Shown: piece by piece, positions 20,300 through 30,586 of the stretch
How the letters are laid out: every line of letters begins with the position of its first letter
Position numbering within the stretch: position 1 is the first letter of the stretch
Source: Longimicrobiales bacterium
GTDB lineage: Bacteria > Gemmatimonadota > Gemmatimonadetes > Longimicrobiales > Gaopeijiaceae
Direction: 5' to 3'
Length of the DNA stretch: 64,000 bases
NCBI GenBank assembly: GCA_028823235.1
Contig: JAPKBW010000001.1
Location: forward strand, 142,405-206,404
Program-made: the position numbers and the translations under genes
Notes under the pieces: generated by a model
The model's database searches: none
What the model was told of the DNA's origin: nothing
What the model saw: the letters and a program-made list of their open reading frames with translations, nothing else

Positions 20300-22332
20300 C
20301 CAGCCGCTCAATGCTTGGTCGCGGTGGACTCATCGTCCTGTTGACCCTGATCGGCTGTACCCCGGACTCAAGAGACTGGGCCGACCTCAACGAGGACGGC
20401 GCGTTCCTCATGTACCGCAGGCAATCTCTGATCGGAGAGGAGACGTTCAGCATCACGTCTGATCAGGACTCGATCGTCGTCCGCTCGCTACAGGGCGAGA
20501 ACGAGCGGGGGCGTATCACCGGGGTGCAGGCGGAACTCCGCCTCGGGATAGATCTCTCACCCGCGCTATATGTGAATCAACGCATCGCGGATAGCGACAC
20601 GACCAACATTCTCGAGGTCGCGTTCGAAAGTGACGTCGTGACGATCCGGGAGAAGGCGATGGAGGTCGTCACTGCCTCCTCTGCCGCAGGCTTCCCGCTT
20701 CACAGCAACATCCCCGCCGCCATGGAGATGATGCTGTATCACTACTACCTCGACCGCGGTCTCGGGTCGCTACCCACCTTGCCGCGAGGCGAGGTCAGGA
20801 TCACGCGAAGGGGCCAGGACGTCGTCGACATCGACGGGACCCCGACCACGCTCGACCGCTACGTGGTCGAAGGAATCAACTGGGGCCTGCGCACCATATG
20901 GCTCAATGATTCGAACGACTTGGTCGCGCTCGTTCAGGCCAATACCCAGTTCAGAGAAGCGATCCGGAAGGGGTACGAAGAAGCCCTGCCCTTCTTCATA
21001 GAAGGAAATGTCGAAGAGCAAATGCGCACGCTTGCCGACTACACCGAGTCGCTGCAAGGCGAGCAGTCAGAAGTCACGGCACTCGTTGGGGGCGACGTCG
21101 TCGACGCACTTAGTGATGTCACTCGGCGCGACATGACCGTGATCGTCGCGAAAGGGCGCATCAGGGAGATCGGCAGCATCAGCGAGGTCGTGATCCCATC
21201 CGACGCACGCGTGATCGATGTGTCGGGGAAGACGCTGATTCCGGGGCTCTGGGACATGCACGCTCATTCGAACCAGGTCCAGTGGGCACCCGCGTACCTG
21301 GCGGGCGGGATCACGACCATCCGTGATCTGGGCAACGAGCTCGAGTTCGCCACGGCCTTCAGGGATGCCGTCGCGAACGATGGTGCGATGGGCCCAGACA
21401 TTCTTCTCGCGGGGATGGTGGACGGAGCGGGCGTCACCGGGAACGGCGTCATTCGCGCGACCACGACAGACGAGGCCCGCTCCGTCGTGGCCCGTTACTT
21501 CGATGAAGGCTACAAGCAGATAAAGATCTATACCGCAGTGGAGCCTGAAGTCCTCTCGGTACTTACCGAGGAGGCCCACGCGAGGGGGATGACCGTGTCA
21601 GGGCATGTGCCCCGGGCGGTAGGCAACGCAGTCGAAGCGGTCGCACGAGGTATGGATCAGTTCAACCATCGAGAGTTGTTCCTGTCGGTGCTCTTTCCTG
21701 ACGAAGAGGTAGTCGATCTCGGCGGCCTCTACCTCTTTGACCGTGAGCTGACGCGCGGCCAGATCAGAAGGGCGACCTCGTTCTTCCTGGAACACAGAAT
21801 CGTCCTCGACCCCACGATTTCACTCGACATCATTCGGAACCTGCCGAGAGGCACTCCCGTCGAAACCGTAGAGCCGGACGTCACGCGTATCGCGTATGAG
21901 CTCTGGGAAGGGAAGAGATTCCTGCCGGGTGTCAGTCCGCTGCGTGCCGCGCAGATGACCGAAGACGTGAAAAGAGCGATGGAGATCATCGGGACATTCC
22001 ATCGGGCCGGCGTCCCGATCGTCGCGGGAACGGACAACGTGGTACCGGTCTTCAGTCTCTACCGGGAGATGGAGGCGTACCACGACCTCGGGGGGCTCAC
22101 ACCTCTCGACGCACTGCGGACCGCAACGATCATCCCCGCGCGAGCGATGGGGATGGCCTCGAAAACCGGCACGCTGGAAGTAGGCAAAGAAGCGGACATA
22201 GCGATCCTGGATCGCAATCCGCTCGACGACTTCGTGAATATCCGGAGCGTGTCTGCGGTGATGACGAACGGGAGATACTACCAAAGCGCGCTGCTATGGC
22301 GGGCCGCTGATTTCGAGCCGGGGCGGAACTAG
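20296..22332 (+). CDS. Amidohydrolase-family protein with ~270-aa N-terminal extra domain
   Basis: ATGA start/stop overlap with the preceding gene. Lipobox LLTLIGC, HxH motif GLWDMHAHS, and C-terminal GTDN...GKEADIAILD. Confidence 0.8.
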   Translation: MTSRSMLGRGGLIVLLTLIGCTPDSRDWADLNEDGAFLMYRRQSLIGEETFSITSDQDSIVVRSLQGENERGRITGVQAELRLGIDLSPALYVNQRIADSDTTNILEVAFESDVVTIREKAMEVVTASSAAGFPLHSNIPAAMEMMLYHYYLDRGLGSLPTLPRGEVRITRRGQDVVDIDGTPTTLDRYVVEGINWGLRTIWLNDSNDLVALVQANTQFREAIRKGYEEALPFFIEGNVEEQMRTLADYTESLQGEQSEVTALVGGDVVDALSDVTRRDMTVIVAKGRIREIGSISEVVIPSDARVIDVSGKTLIPGLWDMHAHSNQVQWAPAYLAGGITTIRDLGNELEFATAFRDAVANDGAMGPDILLAGMVDGAGVTGNGVIRATTTDEARSVVARYFDEGYKQIKIYTAVEPEVLSVLTEEAHARGMTVSGHVPRAVGNAVEAVARGMDQFNHRELFLSVLFPDEEVVDLGGLYLFDRELTRGQIRRATSFFLEHRIVLDPTISLDIIRNLPRGTPVETVEPDVTRIAYELWEGKRFLPGVSPLRAAQMTEDVKRAMEIIGTFHRAGVPIVAGTDNVVPVFSLYREMEAYHDLGGLTPLDALRTATIIPARAMGMASKTGTLEVGKEADIAILDRNPLDDFVNIRSVSAVMTNGRYYQSALLWRAADFEPGRN

Positions 22333-22588
22333 CGGCATACATTTCCATAATCGCCCCCCATGCTGCTGGTGCTCACATAGCGAGGAATCGCACCGCGAAC
22401 GTCAAATCCAGAGTCAGTTCCGCTGGCAGTATACAGGGCCTAGGGAACGAACCCGAAGACAAGCAGGTCGCCTGCTCCAGAGGGCCACCCACAGCCGTGA
22501 CACCTCCCGGCCTCGGTATCTCGAGTCTCTGGACTGATCCAAGTCGCTGACTAGAGAACGAGCGGGAATCGCTTCGGGTGGGCCGCGG

Positions 22589-23779
22589 TCATCCGAGCAA
22601 CGAGGCAGCCTCCTCTAGACGCGAAAGAGCTGTTGCTCGACCCTGAAAGAAACGACCGGACCCGCCGCCCCGCCCCCCAAGAACCTCTGCCACCTGCGGC
22701 CCAACCTCAGGCACGTCGCACGGGCTCGCCTCACCGGCACCAATGAGAAACGCGCCGGACTCTCCTTCACCGGCAGTGAGCAAGACCACTCGATCGGGGG
22801 CTAGGCGACCCACTTCCCTAGCGACCCGCTGCAGAAAGGACAGATCACGACCCGGCCAATGCGAGATGAGTACCGGCTCGACTCTCTGAGCCAGCCCAGC
22901 GGCACACGCGGTAGCGAGGTTGTCCTCAATGCTTCGCAGCGTGCGCTGCGACTCCCTTAGTTGTTCGAGCTTCGCTGCCGCTGCGGCCACCAGTTCGTCG
23001 TCGGACGCACCGAATAGGGATCGCAGTTCCGCATTTCGAGCGTGATGCGCGGCGTGAAGCCGTCGCAGTCGCACGCCCGCAACGTAGAACAGACGAGCGC
23101 CGCCTCGGACGGATTCGGTTCCCAGCAGCTTGAGCCCTTCGAGCTCCGCGGTCGAAGAAAGGTGCGTCCCGCCGCAGGTGTTGAGGTCAATCCCATCGAT
23201 CTCAACAAGCCGAACACTCCCCGCGTGTCCCGACGGTAGCCCACGGGAGCGGACTGGCATCAGCCCGTACTCGTCGGGACTCACTTGCTTCGTGGTGATC
23301 GGTCTTGCCGCCCGGATCTCAGCGGCGACGGCCTCTTCCAGCTCTTCGAGCTGTTCGGCTCGCACGTCAGAGGTGTCGAGCTCGATGTCCGAGATTCTCT
23401 CACCCAGGTGGAACGCAGTGGTGGCCCACCCAAACGTGGCCTCCGCGATCGCGGTAAGCAGATGCTGTCCGGTGTGCTGTTGCATATGATCGAACCGCCG
23501 GCCCCATGCCAGCTCGACTGTGATGAGATCGCCCCCTCTCGGGACGGTCACGCGCTGGGGGGCAAGAAAGTGGCGGACCTCTCCTGAGACCCGCTGGACA
23601 TCACAGACCTCGATACTGTCGATCGTTCCTCGGTCTGCTGGCTGGCCACCTCCCTCGGGATAAAGGATCGTGTCCTCGAGTACGACGTAGGATCGACCCT
23701 CCTCTCCACCGGACCTGACGACTGTGGTCTCGAGCCGCGTTAGTCGCGGATCCCGCTCGTATGCAAAAATATCGGGCAC
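22589..23779 (-). CDS. alaX: Alanyl-tRNA editing protein, AlaX-L type (editing domain + DHHA1-like C-terminus)
   Basis: TILYPEGGGQPADRG, HxxxH (QQHTGQHLL) and CxxxH (CGGTHL) zinc motifs. GTG start at 23779 gives ~397 aa. Confidence 0.8.
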   Translation of the reverse strand: MPDIFAYERDPRLTRLETTVVRSGGEEGRSYVVLEDTILYPEGGGQPADRGTIDSIEVCDVQRVSGEVRHFLAPQRVTVPRGGDLITVELAWGRRFDHMQQHTGQHLLTAIAEATFGWATTAFHLGERISDIELDTSDVRAEQLEELEEAVAAEIRAARPITTKQVSPDEYGLMPVRSRGLPSGHAGSVRLVEIDGIDLNTCGGTHLSSTAELEGLKLLGTESVRGGARLFYVAGVRLRRLHAAHHARNAELRSLFGASDDELVAAAAAKLEQLRESQRTLRSIEDNLATACAAGLAQRVEPVLISHWPGRDLSFLQRVAREVGRLAPDRVVLLTAGEGESGAFLIGAGEASPCDVPEVGPQVAEVLGGRGGGSGRFFQGRATALSRLEEAASLLG

Positions 23780-23967
23780 GACGGTCTCCCCCTGTGTAGG
23801 ACGGCCCCCCCTGATCGGCGGATCCCCGTGAAGTGACAGGTAACATGGGAGAAAAATGACCAGAGCGGGGTGCTCGCAATCTCCGGCACATCCGCACTCG
23901 ATTTGCCCGAGCGGTACTTCGGCACCATCGTCGCGATCCATACCGACCTCGTATCTGGACCCGCCTC

Positions 23968-25620
23968 ATGCGCCGCACAATCTCGGCTCTCGTCACCGCA
24001 ATCACGGTCACCGTTCCAGTCGGCCTCTCTGCACAGTCATCCTGGTCTGATCTGACGACCCTGTTCAGCGAGTGGCGCGACTTCGAGCGGAGTGACTTCG
24101 TCGATGGCGTCCCGGACTACAGACCTCCTGCAATGGCACGACAGCAGGAGGAGCTTCGGACATGGAAAGACCGCCTCTGGGCCTTCGACATCGACGGTTG
24201 GCCCATCGAACAGCAGATCGACTGGCATCTCGTGCGAGCGGAGATGAACGGGCTCGACTTCGATCACAAAATCCGACGTCCCTGGGCCCGGGACCCAGCG
24301 TTCTATGTGATGATGTACACGTCCGAGAGCGACGTGCCCGCGCATGAGGGCCCTGTCATGCACGGGTGGGTCGACACATGGACGTACACCTACCCGCTCT
24401 CCTCGGCTGATGCCGCTGAGCTCGCTGAACGATTCGCCACGATTCCGTCTGTACTCGACCAGGCCCGAGCCAACCTGGGCGGCAGCAACGCTCGCGACCT
24501 TTGGCATGCCGGCATTCGCTCCTTCCGTGGGCAGGCTAGCGACCTCCGTGCATACCGAGCGCAGGTTGCAGGTACGAGTGCGGATCTGGATCGCGCTCTC
24601 GAGCGGGCAGCACAGGCATCGGATGACTTCGCCGCGTGGGTGGAGGCAGAACTTCCTGGAAAGACAGGCCTTTCTGGTGTCGGCCGAGAGGCGTACACGT
24701 GGTACATGCATAACGTCCACCTCTCGCCGTTTTCGTGGGAGGAACAGGTGACGCTCATCCGCCGCGAGCTCGCGCGTGCCCATGCGTCGCTACGACTGGA
24801 AGAGAACCGGAACCGCAACCTCCCTCAGCTCAAACGCATCGGGAGCGCTGAGGAGTACGATCGACGACTCACCGAGTCGGTCGATCGGTACATGGCGTTT
24901 CTTGAACGCGAGAACGTCGAGACGGTTGAAGATTGGATGGCCGCAGCTCTGCGCGCCTCCAACGGTTCATTCTCACCCGCTGCACCAGGAGAGATCCGCA
25001 ATTTCTTTCTGGAGGTCATCTACCGGGATCCGGACGCCTTCCGACCCCACATGCACCACTGGCTCGAGCTGGCCCGCAAGATCGAAGACCCGCACCCGAG
25101 CCCCGTCCGTGCGACCGCGCTCCTGTCCAACATTTACGACCACCGCTCGGAAGGCCTCGCGACCGGCGTAGAAGAAATGTTCATGCATATGGGCCTTCTC
25201 GACGAGAACTCGCCACGGGCACGTGAGCTGGTCTGGATCATGCTGGCCCAGCGGGCTGCGCGTGCGACCTCCGGCCTCATGATGAACGCCAACGAATTCG
25301 GCATGGAGGAGGCCGTCGCTTTCGCGTACAAATGGACGCCACGTGGGTGGCTACCCGACGGCGAGCTTATGCGCGGCGAACAGCAGTTGTATCTCCGCCA
25401 GCCCGGCTACGGAACAAGCTATGTGGCGGGTAAAATTCAGATTGAGGAGCTGCTGGCTGAGGAAGCGCTTCAGGAGGGTGACGATTTCACGGTCGGGCGC
25501 TTCTTCGACGACTTCTATGCTGCGGGCATCATTCCCACGGTGTTGGTTCGATGGGAGATGACGGGTGAGAAGGACTCGATTCTCGATATTGATGAGGTCC
25601 AGGAGGCGCCTTGGCGGTAG
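23968..25620 (+). CDS. DUF885 family secreted protein
   Basis: Signal peptide ending GLSAQ. The C-terminal pattern SEGLATGVEEMF...RAARATSGLMMN...LRQPGYGTSYVAGKIQIEEL resembles the DUF885 signature (EGWA.Y.E...RA.R...D.G.H...PGQA.SY..G). Confidence 0.6.
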   Translation: MRRTISALVTAITVTVPVGLSAQSSWSDLTTLFSEWRDFERSDFVDGVPDYRPPAMARQQEELRTWKDRLWAFDIDGWPIEQQIDWHLVRAEMNGLDFDHKIRRPWARDPAFYVMMYTSESDVPAHEGPVMHGWVDTWTYTYPLSSADAAELAERFATIPSVLDQARANLGGSNARDLWHAGIRSFRGQASDLRAYRAQVAGTSADLDRALERAAQASDDFAAWVEAELPGKTGLSGVGREAYTWYMHNVHLSPFSWEEQVTLIRRELARAHASLRLEENRNRNLPQLKRIGSAEEYDRRLTESVDRYMAFLERENVETVEDWMAAALRASNGSFSPAAPGEIRNFFLEVIYRDPDAFRPHMHHWLELARKIEDPHPSPVRATALLSNIYDHRSEGLATGVEEMFMHMGLLDENSPRARELVWIMLAQRAARATSGLMMNANEFGMEEAVAFAYKWTPRGWLPDGELMRGEQQLYLRQPGYGTSYVAGKIQIEELLAEEALQEGDDFTVGRFFDDFYAAGIIPTVLVRWEMTGEKDSILDIDEVQEAPWR

Positions 25621-25732
25621 AGAGTCCGCAGGTCCTTCATGGCCTTGTCGCGATGCCCGGGACGCTCCCGGAAGGCCGCGAAGCACTTCAATGGGCCGCT
25701 ACCGAGCAGCGACGGCTCTCTGGTGTGGTGTC

Positions 25733-26200
25733 ATGACACCCCCCAGTGTCGAGGAGGTCAAGCGGATCCTCGGGCCAGATCCGCTGATCTCCGACTGGAT
25801 CGACGTCCAGCATACGGACATGACCGGGTTTGCCCGAGTGACGCACGATGAGGACTGGATCCACACCGACCCCGTGCGCGCGCGTGCAGCGGGATTCGAT
25901 GGTACGATCGCGTTCGGCTTCTGGACGCTTTCACTGCTGACCCAGTTCCTCCGTGATGCTTTGGAGGCAGAGTACCCGGCCGACGCGGACCTCGGGTTGA
26001 ACTACGGACTGGACCGGGTGCGTTTCCTAGCGCCGGTGCCGGTTGGAGGTCGTGTCCGCGGTCACATCACCGTGACCGAGGTGCGAGAAAAGAAACCGGG
26101 CCGACTGCTCGTTTCGATCCACTGCGAAGTAGAGATCGAGGACCACGAAAGCCTAGCAATGGTCGCAGACTGGCTGATCCTGCTGGTGTATCACGAGTAA
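25733..26200 (+). CDS. MaoC-like (R)-hydratase / hotdog-fold protein
   Basis: 155 aa from ATG 25733. DEDWIHTDPVRARAAGFDGTIAFGF is the MaoC dehydratase motif. Confidence 0.8.
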   Translation: MTPPSVEEVKRILGPDPLISDWIDVQHTDMTGFARVTHDEDWIHTDPVRARAAGFDGTIAFGFWTLSLLTQFLRDALEAEYPADADLGLNYGLDRVRFLAPVPVGGRVRGHITVTEVREKKPGRLLVSIHCEVEIEDHESLAMVADWLILLVYHE

Positions 26201-26358
26201 CGGTCTACGCCCCAACTCTCCCATCGCCCCATACCGTCGTGCCCTGCTGGACCTCTTCCTCATCCGACTCCGATTGAGATGCGCAGCAGGCAGCATGTCT
26301 GCGATATTGCGCACAATATACGCCAATCGGCCCTAGTAGTTTGAGAGAGCCCCCAGCG

Positions 26359-27354
26359 TTACTCCGAAGCCACCGCCGACACTACGACTGTGATGTCCTG
26401 GTCGTGGTAAAGCGCTCCGTCGTCACCCCTGGCCCGCAAGATGTACGTCCCCGGCATATCGAAGATCACGGAGGTATGCCAGACACCGTCCTCCGGGACA
26501 GCTGGGCGAGTCCAGAGCGGAGCCCAAGGTGAGTTGGAACCGTTCCGCGTGTCTTCCCAGGTTTTCACCTGCGGTGGATCGAACTCCGGGGTGGCCTCAC
26601 CCTCGGCGCGGTATACGAACCACGCGACGTGATGCCAGACGACCTTTTGGACCGTAATCCGAGTCGGAGGACGAAGCTGTCCCGCACTAAGCGCCGGAGG
26701 GCCTTCCATCTTGGCGAGGGCAGCAGCAGCACGCTCCTGGCGTGCCTCCCAGTTCTCGATCGCCTCCTCCAGGCCGTCGTCCGTCATGCGGACTGCGAGT
26801 TCGAGCGACTGACCGACCAAAACCTGATACTCGGTGCCGCCTTCCACGGTAATCTCGGGCACGTTATTCGCTCGGGTCTTAGCGTTACTGGCGCCGACTC
26901 CCAGAGCACCGGTCTCTGACGCAACCACGATATTGTCGATGACCTGATCGATACCCATGGTCCCGTAAGCGTACTGAGTTTTCCCGGCTGAGGTGAGCGT
27001 CCAGACAATCTCCTCATCCTCTCCGAGGTCGGCAGGCACCGGAACCGTAAAGACGAAACGGTTGCGGCGTGGTCGAAAGTGTGTGGGTTGGCCCTGATCA
27101 GCCGCGATTGGTGAGAAAAAGTTGTCCTCACCGACAGAGACGTCGACCTCCTCCTGCCAGTTCCGGTTCATGTAACCGAACACCATGGATTTCGAGCCGT
27201 CTTCGTGCTGGATCCACCCCTCGTACGCCGGGGCAACGTCCTGCCCTCTCTGGTACGCGATCTGACCGTCGAGCGCGGCGCCATCGGCCAACGTGATGCC
27301 GGCCGCAATCGAAAAGGCCGTGCTGAGGCGGGCCAAGGTCAAACCGTGTTTCAT
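26359..27354 (-). CDS. Exported protein of unknown family, partner of the heme-c/Cu-monooxygenase-like protein (copy 1)
   Basis: ATG at 27354 overlaps the upstream stop (ATGA). Signal-like N-terminus. Paralogous to 60542-61507 (shared APxxxGxxxxxDGxxxxxFGxxNRN...GEDNF...GGQPTxF...VPADxxxD core and a beta-rich C-terminus). Confidence 0.7.
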   Translation of the reverse strand: MKHGLTLARLSTAFSIAAGITLADGAALDGQIAYQRGQDVAPAYEGWIQHEDGSKSMVFGYMNRNWQEEVDVSVGEDNFFSPIAADQGQPTHFRPRRNRFVFTVPVPADLGEDEEIVWTLTSAGKTQYAYGTMGIDQVIDNIVVASETGALGVGASNAKTRANNVPEITVEGGTEYQVLVGQSLELAVRMTDDGLEEAIENWEARQERAAAALAKMEGPPALSAGQLRPPTRITVQKVVWHHVAWFVYRAEGEATPEFDPPQVKTWEDTRNGSNSPWAPLWTRPAVPEDGVWHTSVIFDMPGTYILRARGDDGALYHDQDITVVVSAVASE

Positions 27355-28754
27355 CGACCACCTGCCGGTATGACCGAACAGAGCGGACACCCAATCACAT
27401 GATCGTTGGGGCCGAGATCAAGACGTTCACGGCGCTCGGCCATCGCAGCTTCGAACTGCTCCTGTGACATGGACAACCTCATGCCGAGATCGATGAACAT
27501 GTTGGCGACCGATCTGTTGCCGGAGCCCTGCCAGTTCCGCGGGTCGGGGATGTTGAAGTTCTCTTCGGTGTTGTTCATGTAGCCGGTGATGTGAAGCACT
27601 GTGCCGGCCGGAAGGAGTGGCTGATAGTTCTCCTCAAACGTGTAGGTGCGCACCCAGTTGTGGTCGTACCCAACGCAGGAAAGCGTCTCAACGTTGAAGC
27701 CCCAGATCGCCTCGAGGCACATGCGGTCGCCCGGGGCGTGCAGGTGCGGCTCGAAGGAAACGACCTTGGTCGGTGTCCGGAGGACGGTGTACGCGTGCAG
27801 CTCCTGGTCCTTCTCCCCGGCCTGGATGTCAATGTCAGACCCGTTACCGAGGCCGAGAATCGACTCGCGATAGGTTGGCTCGTACCCCTCCGGGTGGAAG
27901 GTGAAGCCGAACTGAAGCCTCGCCCGCGTATCGAGACCGTTCGAATGCAGGTGTGTCGAGTTGGACACGAGCTTGGAACCCGTGCGCAGAAGTCGGCCGG
28001 CATCCTGGTCAAAGACGTCACCGTTACGCCCGACTTCGTGGACCGGCCACACCGTCCGACGACCCTCGCCTTCCTCGTTGAGCGTGCTCCACACCATGTG
28101 ATGAATCACGAACCGGCCGCCCACGGTCTCGCGCCCGTTGCCTTCCGATGGCACGTCATTGATTTCCCTGATCTCGACGGATTTTACATACCGGTCCTCG
28201 AGAATCGGAATGTCGATCGGCGCGATGTCACCCCACCAGTCGGGCTCACCGGCCTCAACTAGAAACTCGTCGGTCGTCACGACCACGTCCGGCTCGCCGA
28301 GTGTCCAGGCGCCCGAATCGTCGAACTCGAGCGGAGCGGGCATGTCGGCCGGGTCCCCTTCCGGGGCACCGCTGCTGGCCCAGTCAGCGATCATTGCAAT
28401 CTCATCATCGGTCAGCGACGGATCATTCTTGAAGTGCTGAATCCCGATGTCCTTCTCGACGTACCACGGAGGCATGGTGCCCATGCGGTCGCGAATGGCC
28501 GTGCGTCGGGCGATTCGCCCCGCATACCGCCGCGCATCCTCGTACCGGACGAGCGACATCGGCGCGACGCCGTTCGGACGGTGACAGTTCACGCAGCTGT
28601 TCTGGAAAATTGGCGCGATATCGCGACTGAACGTCACATCGTTAGGCTCACCACCTTCCTGAGCGGCAGCCGGCGTAGCAGCACAGGCTGCCAGCATGGC
28701 CACCGCGGCGGTGGTCCCAGTAGTCGATAGGCGTGGCATTGTGAACTTGGACAT
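27351..28754 (-). CDS. Exported fusion protein: N-terminal c-type heme domain (CxxCH) + PHM/DBH-like type-II copper monooxygenase domains (copy 1)
   Basis: AAGGA Shine-Dalgarno sits 5 nt before ATG 28754, with a signal peptide. RDIAPIFQNSCVNCH is a heme-c site. Ligand pattern VIHHM ... THLH ... PHLH ... ANMF with PHM-like spacing, plus the C-domain signature HNW...TFEENYQPLLPAGTVLHITGYMNNTE. Confidence 0.7.
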   Translation of the reverse strand: MSKFTMPRLSTTGTTAAVAMLAACAATPAAAQEGGEPNDVTFSRDIAPIFQNSCVNCHRPNGVAPMSLVRYEDARRYAGRIARRTAIRDRMGTMPPWYVEKDIGIQHFKNDPSLTDDEIAMIADWASSGAPEGDPADMPAPLEFDDSGAWTLGEPDVVVTTDEFLVEAGEPDWWGDIAPIDIPILEDRYVKSVEIREINDVPSEGNGRETVGGRFVIHHMVWSTLNEEGEGRRTVWPVHEVGRNGDVFDQDAGRLLRTGSKLVSNSTHLHSNGLDTRARLQFGFTFHPEGYEPTYRESILGLGNGSDIDIQAGEKDQELHAYTVLRTPTKVVSFEPHLHAPGDRMCLEAIWGFNVETLSCVGYDHNWVRTYTFEENYQPLLPAGTVLHITGYMNNTEENFNIPDPRNWQGSGNRSVANMFIDLGMRLSMSQEQFEAAMAERRERLDLGPNDHVIGCPLCSVIPAGGR

Positions 28755-28987
28755 GAGATCCTTTGGCAATTTCGAGCGAAACGCAGGGCACGCGGACAAG
28801 GGCAAGGCTTCGAGCTTCCGCGGGCCAGAATGGAACAGCTAACAGGTTAGGCCCTGCCCTGATGGGATGACAAGCACCGACAAAGCATACGGTTGATGAC
28901 AGCCCACTTCTTGCCCCATCTCGACCCCACTCGGATGTTGGCGTGATTAGACTGTACAGCGCCCAAATTCGCTCAGAGACATTTGCT

Positions 28988-30325
28988 ATGATCCGCATTC
29001 GCACGCTGCCGGCAATTCTTCTTGCTTTCGCCGCTGCCTCGCCCGCATCAGCACAGCTTCCCCGCGCCGAACAGACACGGCCCGACAACGTCGTTTTGAG
29101 TCACCGGCAGGAGGACCCGCTCATAAGAGAGAGGCTCGCCGAGCGGTTCGACGACTTGCTACCCGAGTTGATGCGCCGCGAGGGCTTCGACATGTGGCTG
29201 GTGATCACTAGGGAGTACAACTCCGACCCGGTGTTTCGCTCGATGGCCCCGCTCACCACGTACTCGTCGCGGCGGCGGACGATTCTCATGTTCCACGATC
29301 TCGGTCCCGAGCAGGGAGTCGAGCGCATCAGCGTTGGGCGAGCCGATTACCAAGGAACGTTCGAGCTCTACCGAACGCACAACGACTCGCAGTACGTAAG
29401 CCTGGCACGCCTGATCGAGGAGCGTGATCCACAGAAAATCGGTATCAATGTGTCCGATCGGTGGAATCATGCGGACGGGCTCACGCACAACGAATACCTA
29501 CGTCTCGAAGATGCGCTCAGCGAGACGTACGTCGACCGACTCGAGTCTGCTGAGATGCTGGCCGTGGGATGGCTCGAGTCGAAGCTCGCCCGCGAGACAG
29601 ATCAGTACCGGAGCGTCATGCGTGTGGCCCATCAGGTCATCGCCGAGGCGTTCTCCAATGATGTCATCATTCCCGGAGTGACAACGAACCAGGACGTGGT
29701 CTGGTGGATGCGTCAGCGAGTGGCCGAACTCGGCCTCGGCCAGTGGTTCCAGCCATCGGTCAACGTTCAGCGCCGCGGTGGCATCCCGGATGCTGGTCCG
29801 CACGGAACGGTGATCGAGCGCGGAGACATGTTGCATACGGACTTCGGCATCATCGGGCTGGGCTTCTCGACCGATACGCAGCACAACGCCTACGTCCTGC
29901 TACCCGGCGAGACCGACGCACCAAACGGACTCAAGGTGGGGCTCGCCAAGGCGAACCGCCTGCAGGACCTGACGATGCTGAACGGACCGATTGGATCCAC
30001 CGGGAACGAAGCGCTCGCGGGCGCACTCGCCCAGGCCCGGGAAGAAGGCATCACCGCCACCATCTACTGCCATGCGATCGGGTATCACGGGCACGGAGCC
30101 GGGCCGCCGATCGGGATGACCGACTACCAGACGGGTGTGCCCGTCCGTGGCGACTACCAGCTCCGTCCCAACACCTGGCATTCGATCGAGTTGAACGCTC
30201 GCGTTGCCGTTCCGGAGTGGGATGGCCAAGAGGTGCGGTTTGCTCTGGAAGAAGATGCGGCGCTACTCGACGATGGATGGGACTGGATCGACGGGAGGCA
30301 GACGAGCTTCTACCTCATTCGGTAG
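28988..30325 (+). CDS. Exported M24-family metallopeptidase (Xaa-Pro aminopeptidase-like)
   Basis: Signal peptide LLAFAAASPASAQ. Creatinase-like N-domain (GFDMWLVITREYNSDP). Pita-bread ligand contexts (MLHTDFGIIG, YCHAIGYHGHGAGP, FALEEDA). Confidence 0.75.
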   Translation: MIRIRTLPAILLAFAAASPASAQLPRAEQTRPDNVVLSHRQEDPLIRERLAERFDDLLPELMRREGFDMWLVITREYNSDPVFRSMAPLTTYSSRRRTILMFHDLGPEQGVERISVGRADYQGTFELYRTHNDSQYVSLARLIEERDPQKIGINVSDRWNHADGLTHNEYLRLEDALSETYVDRLESAEMLAVGWLESKLARETDQYRSVMRVAHQVIAEAFSNDVIIPGVTTNQDVVWWMRQRVAELGLGQWFQPSVNVQRRGGIPDAGPHGTVIERGDMLHTDFGIIGLGFSTDTQHNAYVLLPGETDAPNGLKVGLAKANRLQDLTMLNGPIGSTGNEALAGALAQAREEGITATIYCHAIGYHGHGAGPPIGMTDYQTGVPVRGDYQLRPNTWHSIELNARVAVPEWDGQEVRFALEEDAALLDDGWDWIDGRQTSFYLIR

Positions 30326-30586
30326 CGGGGCTGGGCTGGGCGGGGCGGGCGCGGGCAAGTGATCCGACTCGGCCGCAGCGGGCCTCAACACTCCTTCTGA
30401 GACCGACGGGCAACAGTGCTCGCGGGACTTGCGCGAACAGCTATTTCGCCGCGATGGGCGCCCACGCGCCTCATCGCGCAGGGCTCGTTTGGCTTTCCAC
30501 GCATTCCCCAGGCACGGTACCTAGGGAATGCGAAGCCGGAGAAGGCCCGCGGTGACCTTCAACGACTGAGGTGCGAGCTCAGCCAG

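Noticed and set aside
22333-22588. 256-nt intergenic region checked for a tRNA, small RNA or gene remnant
   Set aside because: I found no cloverleaf-compatible arms, no strong hairpin, and no protein-like reading in any frame that I could recognise.
26304-26319. Inverted repeat ATATTG-CGCA-CAATAT
   Set aside because: It is a perfect 6-bp-arm palindrome, but it lies between the 3' ends of two convergent genes. It is too short and too AT-poor in context to act as a terminator and has no promoter to control, so it is probably fortuitous.
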